Positions 11,514 to 20,000 of a DNA stretch of 20,000 nucleotides are shown here, in pieces. This DNA is from Eremomyces bilateralis CBS 781.70 (taxonomy: Eukaryota). The stretch lies in the NCBI GenBank assembly GCA_010015585.1, contig ML975156.1; one strand, 5' to 3'. The notes beneath the pieces were generated by a model. It searched no databases and was not told the origin of the DNA. It worked only from the letters and a program-made list of their open reading frames with translations. Position 1 is the stretch's first letter; each line of letters begins with the position of its first letter. A program made the position numbers and the translations under genes.

Positions 11514-13550
11514 ATGCGGCAGCTTAGCAGTGGCCCCAGCGGCAGCTTCCGCCTGACCCACTTCCCCAGCGACAGTATTCCCAGCTATGCAATCCTTTCG
11601 CACACCTGGGACGCGGATGACCAGGAGGTTACATTCCAAGATATTACGAATACCGTGGGAACCAGCAAGACAGGCTATAGAAAGATCGAGTTTTGTAAGG
11701 AGCAAGCAAAGAAACATGGGCTTCAGTATTTCTGGGTGGACAGCTGCTGCATCGACAAGTCAAGTAGCGCCGAGCTCACAGAGGCTCTTAACTCGATGTT
11801 TCGCTGGTACGGGGATGCAGCAAAATGCTATGTGTATCTCTCAGACGTTTCAACAGGAAAGCACACCCGGTCTTCTGAGCTCCCATGGGAACCGGCGTTT
11901 AGGCGGAGTCGATGGTTCACCAGAGGCTGGACACTACAGGAGCTTCTTGCTCCGCGATCAGTCGAGTTTTTCTCCCGAGATGGCAAGCGACTTGGTAACA
12001 AAAAGTCGTTAGAACAGCAAATTCACGAGATTACTGGGATTGCAATTGGCGCACTTTAAGGACATCTGTCTCAATTCAGCAACGATGAGCGAATGTCATG
12101 GGCAAAAGAGCGAGAGACCAAGAGGGAAGAGGATCAAGCATATTGCCTCATGGGAATCTTTGGCGTCTACCTACCGGTCATCTATGGCGAGGGGAAAAGA
12201 AACGCACTCCAACGGCTTCGAAAAGAGATCGAAGAGGGTTCAGACGATACGCGAGGTAATTCAACCGCAAGTTTTTATGGTTAGCGGACTAATCTGCAAA
12301 GTGAAATGGAACGACAAGGAACTAAACTGTATGCAAGCCCTGCGTAATTCAGCTTCCGACTACGAGCAGTTCAAGGACCGGAACTCTAGCCGACTTAGAG
12401 ATACCTGCCAGTGGGTTCTCCGTCATGACCATTTCCGAAACTGGAAAGACAGCAGCTCCTCAAGTCTTCTTTGGATATCTGCGGATCCTGGATGCGGAAA
12501 ATCAGTTTTCTCTAAATCTCTTCTCGACGAAGATTTCAAAAACACGGACGCTGGCACAACTTGCTACTTCTTTTTCAAAGATGACAATGACGTACAGAAA
12601 AGTGCAGTTGCAGCGCTTGCGGCACTACTCCACCAGCTCTTTCGGCAGAAACCAACACTTATCAAACACGCTATGCCGGATTTCGCCGCTAATGGACATC
12701 AACTTTCTCAATCATTTCATATACTCTGGAGTATTCTAATAAAGACGGTGGCTGACCGGAATGCCGGGGAAGTCTTTTGCGTCTTGGATGCCCTCGACGA
12801 ATGCGCAGAAGGAGGGCAGTATCAGATTATTAACGCTCTCAGTTCATTCTACCAGCAAGCAAGCTCCGGAAACAATGCATCTCGACTCAAAATATGTGTC
12901 ACTAGTCGTCCTTACCCAGGCATTGAACGGCGCTTCACCGATCTTACTTCTAACTTTCCTACGATTCGGCTGCACGGCGAGCAAGAATCAGATATAATCA
13001 GTCATGAGATTGATCTAGTCATCAAATGGAGAGTATCTCAACTCGGATCTGAGCTCAAACTCAATAATTCAGAACAGTCAAATCTCGAAACAGAGCTGTT
13101 GAGCATGAGCCACCGAACATACCTCTGGTCAACACTCATTTTCGATATCATTCGCAAAATGATTCGACCGACAAGTCGGAAACTAAAGGCAGTTATTAGT
13201 GGCCTTCCGTCCACAGTTGATGAAGCATACGAAGCGATTCTTACAAAAATCGAGGAGGACGATCGACCACAAGCACGGAAATTGCTCTCTATCGTTGTTG
13301 GAGCAACCAGGCCTCTTACACTAACAGAAATGAACATCGCTCTAGCTATAGAAGACCGCCATCGCTCCTTCGACGACCTTGAACCTGACCTTGACGATGA
13401 AGCGAGGTTTGAAGCGTCGGTGAGACACCTCTGCGGGCTCTTTGTGACTGTAGTGGATCGAAAGGTCTATCTGATCCATCAAACTGCAAAAGAATTCCTT
13501 CTCGCGAAGAGTGAGGCCGCTGCTATTGGATATAAATATTCTCTTGTTCT
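11514..13550 (+). pseudogene. HET-NACHT NLR-like gene, nonsense codon at 12057-12059, 3'-truncated by LTR (exons 11514-12255, 12302-13550)
   Basis: HET motifs YAILSHTW, YFWVDSCCIDK, NSMFRWY and SRWFTRGWTLQELLAP. The frame continues past TAA into RMSWAKERETKREEDQAYCLMGIF. A 46-nt intron precedes the NACHT Walker A WISADPGCGKS, Walker B VLDALDEC and winged-helix LIHQTAKEFL. No repeat/sensor domain is present before the LTR. Confidence 0.9.
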
Positions 13551-13738
13551 TGTCAAGGGCCCAAACCACGAAGGATTTGGTAAGCTGGTAACGCTGTTGA
13601 ATTGCTAAAGAGAGAAGGAGAAGGTCTCTCTCACTGCGATCTGCTATTTACATCTGTGGGCAAACGGTCTACCCATCCCTTCTGCCTTAGGCCGCAAGGC
13701 CACAACACACAGACTGGGCAAAGCCCAAGACTGTCACA
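13551..13738 (-). mobile_element. LTR family A, copy 2 (188 bp), no TSD
   Basis: Near-identical to 10230-10417. Flanks GTTCT and CAAAG do not match. Truncates the NACHT gene. Confidence 0.93.
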
Positions 13739-14267
13739 CAAAGTAGAGTTTGTAGAGGTTGACTTTGATGCGGATCGATTTGATACGGGAAATTCCAGCA
13801 GTCCTCGATATCCGTTACTGAATATATGATCGAGAGTTAGTTTCGTCCTGTGGTTCGGCGCCATATTAGAGGACTGCGTTAAAATGTGACTGCACGCGAT
13901 CGTGAATGTCCCAGCGCCTCTGCGTGGATCACGAGACTTGATGAGATTAGTGAGATCAATCCCGACTAGAACGCCTCGTCACTTGTGATTCGACGCCATT
14001 AATCGGCAACAGCCGTAGTTCTGTCCAACCGACCAGCCAGACGCATGCATTAGCGCCTGGTCAGGTCGCAAAGCGCAAGGCTGAGGTCGCGGAGAACAAG
14101 CTGCGAAGTGACCGGAAAACGAACGCAGCCTTATAATGGCCTTTCTCTGCCGTTACGGTCGTCGTCCTTGTCCGACTCAACTCTAGCTTCTTCGTTGACC
14201 TAGGCGAACCGCACAACCTGTCATTCTACCCGCCCATCTGCTGGCCTAGCGCGCTTCCCTCCACACC

Positions 14268-15296
14268 ATGGCATCCCGCAACTCTCTCGACAGCCCCGAC
14301 TCCTATGCGGTCGCCTGGATCGCAGCTCTTCCCATCGAGCGGGCCGCTGCAGAAGCAATGTTTGACGAGGAACATGCTCCTCCAACTGGCTTCACTAGGC
14401 ACCAAATCGACGCGAACCGTTATACATGGGGTCGTATGGGAGAGCACAACATCGTTATCGTCTCCCTTGCCGCCGGAGACTATGGAACCACCTCGGCTGC
14501 GTCCACGGCCTCGAGCCTGCTTGCCTCTCTGCCATCCATCCGTGTTGGTCTTCTGGTCGGCATAGGCGGTGGCATCGCACGACCGGACGATGACCGCGAT
14601 ATCCGGCTCGGCGACATTGTCGTGAGCCAGCCCGATGGGACTGCAGGCGGCGTCTGCCAGTACGACTTGATTAAGGCAAAGCCTGGTAACAGGCGTGAGC
14701 GCAAAGGCTTCCTCGGACGGCCTCCGACGGTTCTCCTCAACGCGCTTGCCAGCATCCAGGCCGATCACGAGCGGAAAGACTCCAAAGTTCCCTACTTCCT
14801 TCAACAGATGTTAGAGAAATACCCGAAGATGGGCAAGAGATCCAAGACAAGTCCTGGCTATACTCACCAGGGCTTCGACAAAGACCGCCTCTTCAAAGCT
14901 TCTAGTGGCCACGTCTCCGGGTCGGACTGTCGGGGCTGCGACGCGGCTGGCGACGTTCAACGCGATCCTCGAGACACCACCGACCCCGATATCCACTACG
15001 GGACTATCGTATCCGGCAACACGCTGGTCAAAGACGCCGCTGCGCGCGATCGGATTATTGCCGACGTCGGCGAGGATTGCATCTGCTTTGAGATGGAAGC
15101 AGCCGGCCTGATGAACCACTTTCCCTGTCTTGTGATCCGAGGGATCTGCGACTACGCCGATTCCCACAAGAACGATCGATGGCAACGTTACGCCTCGGCC
15201 ACCGCCGCTGCGTATACTAAGGAGCTCCTGGCGTACGTGCCGGTCGCGGAGGTCCAGGAGACCAAGAAAGCGCTGGAAATGCTTCAATCAGGTTAG
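14268..15296 (+). CDS. Purine/uridine phosphorylase (PNP_UDP_1, Pfs) domain protein, N-terminal effector of a truncated NLR
   Basis: YAVAWIAALPIERAAA, GLLVGIGGG, DIRLGDIVVS, IHYGTIVSGN, CFEMEAAGLMNHFPCLVIRGICDYADSHKNDRWQRYA. 342 open codons. The stop lies just inside a predicted intron (15292-15385). Confidence 0.88.
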   Translation: MASRNSLDSPDSYAVAWIAALPIERAAAEAMFDEEHAPPTGFTRHQIDANRYTWGRMGEHNIVIVSLAAGDYGTTSAASTASSLLASLPSIRVGLLVGIGGGIARPDDDRDIRLGDIVVSQPDGTAGGVCQYDLIKAKPGNRRERKGFLGRPPTVLLNALASIQADHERKDSKVPYFLQQMLEKYPKMGKRSKTSPGYTHQGFDKDRLFKASSGHVSGSDCRGCDAAGDVQRDPRDTTDPDIHYGTIVSGNTLVKDAAARDRIIADVGEDCICFEMEAAGLMNHFPCLVIRGICDYADSHKNDRWQRYASATAAAYTKELLAYVPVAEVQETKKALEMLQSG

Positions 15297-15385
15297 TAAT
15301 CCATATCCTCCGACAGGGCCCTGGCCTGGCGAATAAATAAGGCGGAGTAATAATATCACGTCGAACATATTCTGACCTGCCTTAG

Positions 15386-15493
15386 TTGAATAAAAAATCG
15401 ATAGTATGCAGTAGACCATAGGTGTAGCGAAAATAGCCACTGATTCTATCCAGGCCGACCTTCGTACCGAGAAGATCGAGCGCTGGCTTCGCC
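15386..15493 (+). pseudogene. Degenerate exon 2 of the PNP-NLR gene
   Basis: After gttagt..ctgac..ttag the frame reads VE*KIDSMQ*TIGVAKIATDSIQADLRTEKIERWLR(P), a typical pre-NACHT linker with two stops. It is cut at 15494 by TGTTA. Confidence 0.75.
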
Positions 15494-15826
15494 TGTTATG
15501 GTTCCAGGCCTGTGGCCTGTCTCCTGAATGATAGTCACGTGACTAAGTCAACTGTCGAAGTCTTGGACATTGCGCACGCGTCGTAGATAGCTCTTCTTCT
15601 TTAGCTTTGCAATAAATGAAAGTGGTTCTCGTAACTTCTGCGATCAAACCGTCTCATCTAGGTCCAAATATGCTATTGAGCCGCTAGGTTCGTCCTTAAG
15701 GGTTGCCCTTTATAAGGAAGACGAACTCTAGTTCCTTGCTGGCGCCAGCGTTCTATTTATAATTCGGCCAACAGGCTGTCACTTCGTTATTATTGGCGCG
15801 GCGCGTGTAGCATACTTCTGTTAACA
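15494..15826 (+). mobile_element. Putative LTR family C (right boundary uncertain), no TSD
   Basis: Starts TGTTA exactly where the coding exon stops. Contains GGCCTGTGGCC, palindrome TAGTCACGTGACTA (15532-15545), TAGATAG plus a pyrimidine tract, and AATAAA. Possible end TAACA at 15822-15826. Confidence 0.55.
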
Positions 15827-16023
15827 AGATCTACTCGGCGCTGGGAGTCTTGGTTACATTAATCCTGGAGCCCAGGTTGTTAAGGCAATTGGGAACGGAG
15901 TTTTACGATGGACCGAGGTGTCTTTGATCTAGTTATAGAAACTGGAGAGCTATAAGTCAATAAGCGGAGCATGTTTGATATTGAAGCTTGGAAGTTCAGA
16001 ATCTTGAAGTAATGGCTAGTTCC

Positions 16024-16211
16024 TGTCGTGGGCCCAAACCACGAAGGATTTGGTCAGCTGGTAACGCTGTTGAATTGCTAAAGAGAGAAGGAGAAGGTCT
16101 CTCTCACTGCGATCTGCTATTTACATCTGTGGGCAAACGGTCTACCCATCCCTTCTGCCTTAGGCCGCAAGGCCACAACACACAGACTGGGCGAAGCCCA
16201 AGACTGTCACA
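16024..16211 (-). mobile_element. LTR family A, copy 3 (188 bp), no TSD
   Basis: About 4 differences from copy 2. Flanks GTTCC and CAGGC do not match. Abuts the truncated LINE. Confidence 0.93.
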
Positions 16212-17925
16212 CAGGCAGATATTTACAGCGACGGTCGCGCCAACCACCGACTATGGTGCTCCGATCTGGTTCCCAGGCTCCGCAGGGACAGTAGCCCGTC
16301 ATATCGAGAGGGCCACCAAACTGGGGGCGAGCGCAATCACGGCCATCTTCAGGTCCGCGGCGTACGACGTGGTAACTGGCGAGGCCGGGATCGAATCAGT
16401 CCAGGATAGGCTCTACGAACTAACGAGGAAACACTGGATTAAGATGCATACGAAACCACCGAACCACTATAGCTGGCGACTTATCCGACGCCTACACAAA
16501 ACTGAAAGGCATAGGTCACCTCTAGAAGCTACAGCGGAGATCTTCCAACACGTCAAGCTAGATACGCTCGAGAAGGTAGAGGCGTTTGTTAAGCCGCCAT
16601 GGCAAGATCCACCTTGCGTTGTAATCAACGAGGAGACGATTGCAATCGGGAAGGTCACCCAGCTCGGCCTTAGAACCATTTTCACCGATGGATCATATCG
16701 GAACGGCCTGGCGGGTATCGGGATCTATGCCCCGAATATCCCACGTCTCCGTAAAGCTCGCACAATAGGACTAACACCAGGCGTCGATGCCCTTTATGCA
16801 GAACTGACCGCCATCTCGGAAGCCATCTCGGAAGCAGCCGTTAATATCCCCGCGCTAGGCCTCGGCCTCGACCACTGTTATATCTTATCGGACTGTAAAA
16901 GAGCCCTCGACACGATCAAGACGCCATAGTAGAAAAGGAGTAGAACCCTCCAAGAGATCTTCCGGAAACTTGCAGAGACAAAGGAAAAGGGATTCACGTT
17001 CACCTTCCATTGGGTGCCGGCACATAAGGGCGTCCCCGGCAATGAAGAGGCACACTCCCTTGCCCAATCCGCTACCTCTGCGGGATCGCAGCCGGAGGGG
17101 TACACTGAAGTACTTCGACACCTAATCCGGCAAGGGCGAAGACAGCAGGGAGCGAAACGCACGGCTTTCCTGGCCGGGAAGACAGGGCGCTTCGGAAAGA
17201 CACTCGACAACGCACTCCCAGGCAGACATATAAGGAAACTTTACGATAACCTAACAAGAGTCCAAGCGGCGCTCCTCGTCCAAGTCCGATCAGGTTACAG
17301 CCGCCTTAACGGCTATCTCCACAGGATCACGATGGCCGAAAGCAGCGCCTGCGAGTGCGGAGTAACTGAGACCGTCCGTCACTTTATCCTTGAATGCCCG
17401 ATATGGGAATCTCAGAGGCGGCAGATAAGGACAATAGCTGGACCCCGAGTAGGAGACTTGGCGTATCTCGTCGGCGCATACGAATCCGAGGCCAAAGACG
17501 GACCGATCAAGCGGTGGTCTCTAGACCTAAAAGCAGTGATGGCGATGATACAGTTTGTTAAAGATACAGGAAGACTAGACCCGGGGGCTTAGCTACCCCT
17601 TTCCTCTCTAACTAACTTTCTATTCTACTAACTACACGGTCTCCACCCTCTGACCCGACGCTGTGCCCGAGTAAGAGCAGCGTCACTCTAGAACACAACC
17701 TAGAAAGACAGAAACGTCCAGGAAATGGACCGTTTTCATACACTACCCTTGTAATACTCTCCTTTGTTTAACAGACGCGGAAAATGGAAAGCGGCAGGAA
17801 AGAAATATATTGACAAGGCCATAAGGACACAAGGCAACCATCATGTAATTAGTCATCCTAGCTAGTTCCCCACATGGGCCTCGCAGAGAGGCCTGGCGGG
17901 CGTATGAATCTCTCTCTCTCTCTCT
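16212..17925 (+). mobile_element. 5'-truncated LINE (Tad1-like non-LTR retrotransposon): RT tail, RNase H, CCHC knuckle, 3' UTR, (CT)n tail
   Basis: QIFTATVAPTTDYGAPIW (post-RT), RNase H IFTDGS..AELTAI..ILSDC..HWVPAHKGVPGNEEAHSLA, and CECGVTETVRHFILEC. In-frame TAG TAG at 16927-16932 and stop at 17592. A GGCCTC..GAGGCC hairpin is followed by ATGAAT(CT)n to 17925. Confidence 0.92.
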
Positions 17926-17945
17926 AAGATCTTTTCCGTCCTTTG

Positions 17946-18700
17946 CTAAGCACCGCCAAAGACTAAAAGGCTTTGAATATTGATTCTGCCAAACCCACGC
18001 CGGCGCAATAGTTCCCGGCCACGGTGAACCGGAAACTCGGCCACGGTCATTATGCTGACATCATCGGAGCCGATTCCATCTTTATCCAGAAGCTGTAACA
18101 CCGCACAGAGCGTCTTCCCGGTGGAGAGTACATCGTCCACCACTACCACGAAACCCCCCCTGGGTAGGACATCCCGTTCCATTTCGATCCGCTTCTCCGT
18201 CGAATCGTTGGATTCCAAAGAAGAGATATGCGATGAGAGCTTGATAACCGACACGGTGGGTGGAGGGAGCTTGCCAGCGTCCCGAGTCAGCACCAATGGC
18301 ACATTGACCCACGAGGCCAACGCCGACGCATAGACAAACCCGCCGGCCTCGCAACACACCACCGCATCGACTTTGGCCCAGTCACCGGCGAAGTGGGTTT
18401 TCAGCAGCGACGTACACAGGGCCAGCCCACCGGGCTTCTGGGAGATGCCGAGCACGTGACAGAACTCGATGCCGAGCACGTGACAGAACTCGATGCCTTG
18501 GCGCGGGTAGTCGGGTATCTGGCGCACCATGTCGGCCAGTCGCTGCAGGTCCTCGTGGAGGAAGGGAAGCAGGTATCGTTCGGCAAACTGTGTTGCCGCC
18601 TTATTCCCGGTCGTGTCGTTGTCGATGGTGAAACTGTGACAGTAATCCCAAGCTGTTGAACTCGACTTGCGACTGTTGTTGTCCTTGTTGTCCAGGATGC
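17946..18700 (-). CDS. Type I phosphoribosyltransferase (APRT-like) domain, probably the 3' fragment of a larger gene
   Basis: IPDYPRQGIEF, CCEAGGF, AGKLP and the PRPP-binding loop VVVVDDVLSTGKT. The frame is open upstream of the first ATG (18530) to about 18707, with no ATG there. Confidence 0.8.
18444..18497. repeat. Perfect 24-bp in-frame tandem duplication in the PRTase gene
   Basis: gatgccgagcacgtgacagaactc x2 plus gatgcc, which duplicates GIEFCHVL. Confidence 0.95.
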
Positions 18701-18818
18701 AGCTCACCTGAGGTAGGGAAAACTTCGGATGAGTCGGGTAAACCTCGGCACACCCACAAATAGTTCCACCGACTTCAAATTTACTCTCCCCACCTTTTCA
18801 CTAGATTGATCAACAACC

Positions 18819-19993
18819 ATGGCATCGACATTGAAAAACAATGTGAGTATATCGTGTTTAAAACGTGTTTAAAACGTGTTTAGATTATGCTAATGTCATA
18901 TTAGAAGCTATACCAGGAGTACCTGGAATTATGTGAGGCCCCTCTGGGTCTCACCGCATACGACGAGGTGGAAATTTTCCTCCTATTATGAACATGAGCG
19001 TAACCGGTTCTGAACGTGTTAGGATGACGACGTGGTGGTGGTGATGGGAGAAATTTTTTGCCGCGCAAACGACGGGGACGACGGAGTGTGTGGGGTAAGA
19101 TATATTTAGTACTAGTTGGTATTGTGAAGGAACGAAGACTGAATTCAGTTTGATGCCTGGGGGTGTGGGTGCCTTGTGGCCTTACGATGTGTTATGTTCA
19201 CCCCCAAGGCCTACTTATCACTCCCTCACACAGCGGATTGTATTTTAGATCCTTCTTCCCCCTTTGTAGATTGATTCTAGTATATCACGAATCACAGAGT
19301 TTTGCCTCATTCTTCGTACCCTGACAGGTATCATGTTCTAATCATGTTCGAATCATGTTTAGAAACGGTTCGCTGAAACAGGGGCACTACGCACGCATCT
19401 CAAGAAGCACAAGTTGAAGGTTGCGTCCGCGACGAACACGAAAGGCGGAGCGCCGTCGATTCAGAAGCAGACCGAAGCAATTTGTACGAGGTTCGGAACT
19501 CGTTCTAAACACGTTCTCATCATTATAGGTTACTTTCGAGATATCATGAAGACCCACAAAGCAGCCAAGCCACAACATGTTCAAAATACGTTCGTAACTG
19601 CATCTACGTCGAGCAACACCGTGCCAAATCCGCCAATGCCGACAACTAACAATGTTCCGAACGGGTCCCGAGCAAGTTCAGAACCAGCTCCTGCTACCAA
19701 TGTCACCTTCCGACCGATATATTTCAAGAGTGGCAAGAACAAGGGAGAGGTGCGTAACCTATTCTAAACATTGTCCTAACATGTTCTGAACGTATTAGTT
19801 CAATTGGACACTTATGAATAAGCAGCTGAAGAAGAACAACTTGCCTGTCCCATGCGAAGAATGCATAGGCAGTGGAAACAGAGGTTGTATCCGGATCCTA
19901 CCCTGTTTGTAACACGTTCTAACATATTTAGGCTGTTGGACTAAGGGTGAACGGGTTGGTCTAGATTGCTTTTATATACACGAGGCAGATTGA
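18819..19993 (+). CDS. Small zinc-finger protein, ~216 aa, 7 exons (18819-18842, 18905-18967, 19023-19094, 19363-19483, 19529-19749, 19799-19886, 19932-19993)
   Basis: Splicing at GT..AG gives a stop-free MASTLKNN-KLYQEYLELC..-GEIFCRANDGDDGVCG-KRFAETGALRTHLKKH (C2H2), a P/T/N-rich linker, and PCEECIGSGNRGCCWTKGERVGLDC* (Cys cluster). The exon 6 donor is ambiguous by 3 nt. Confidence 0.75.
19123..19326 (+). mobile_element. Solo LTR family D (204 bp) inside intron 3 of the zinc-finger gene
   Basis: TGTGA...TGACA with a perfect TSD GGTAT (19118-19122, 19327-19331). Contains GCCTTGTGGCC (19171-19181). Confidence 0.9.
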
Positions 19994-20000
19994 TTTATTA

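Noticed and set aside
12040..13608. 522-aa ORF as an independent gene
   Set aside because: Its first ~87 codons are an alternate frame of HET exon 1 plus intron, and its tail is LTR. It is exon 2 of the HET-NACHT gene.
13602..13864. 75-77 aa ORFs
   Set aside because: Mostly LTR-A sequence. The same peptide recurs at copy 3.
13551..16211. Full-length LTR retrotransposon between LTR-A copies 2 and 3
   Set aside because: No gag/pol, no recognisable PBS or PPT, and the outer flanks GTTCT/CAGGC are not a TSD.

Overview
Eukaryotic DNA from a filamentous ascomycete (inferred from short GT..AG introns with CTAAC/CTGAC-type branch points and RIP-like C>T/G>A damage). It is a transposon-rich accessory region. 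Left to right: the 5' part of a minus-strand hypothetical gene; a short non-LTR retroelement 3' end with a target-site duplication (TSD); a RIP-inactivated Fot1/pogo transposon; an intact 4-exon Mx/dynamin-like GTPase followed by an intact 3-exon coiled-coil gene; a HET-NACHT NLR with one nonsense codon, cut by an LTR; a PNP_UDP (Pfs) NLR effector gene cut by another LTR; a 5'-truncated LINE; a 5'-truncated phosphoribosyltransferase; and a 7-exon C2H2/Cys-cluster gene whose introns share a repeated motif. Six solo-LTR copies from about four families are present. Three have perfect 5-bp TSDs, and the three without TSDs sit exactly at gene or element breakpoints. The most interesting signals are the dynamin plus coiled-coil pair inside a cluster of immunity-type genes, LTR-bounded shuffling of NLR modules, and the zinc-finger gene with repeat-bearing introns. 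Exon models and family calls were made by eye, without database searches.
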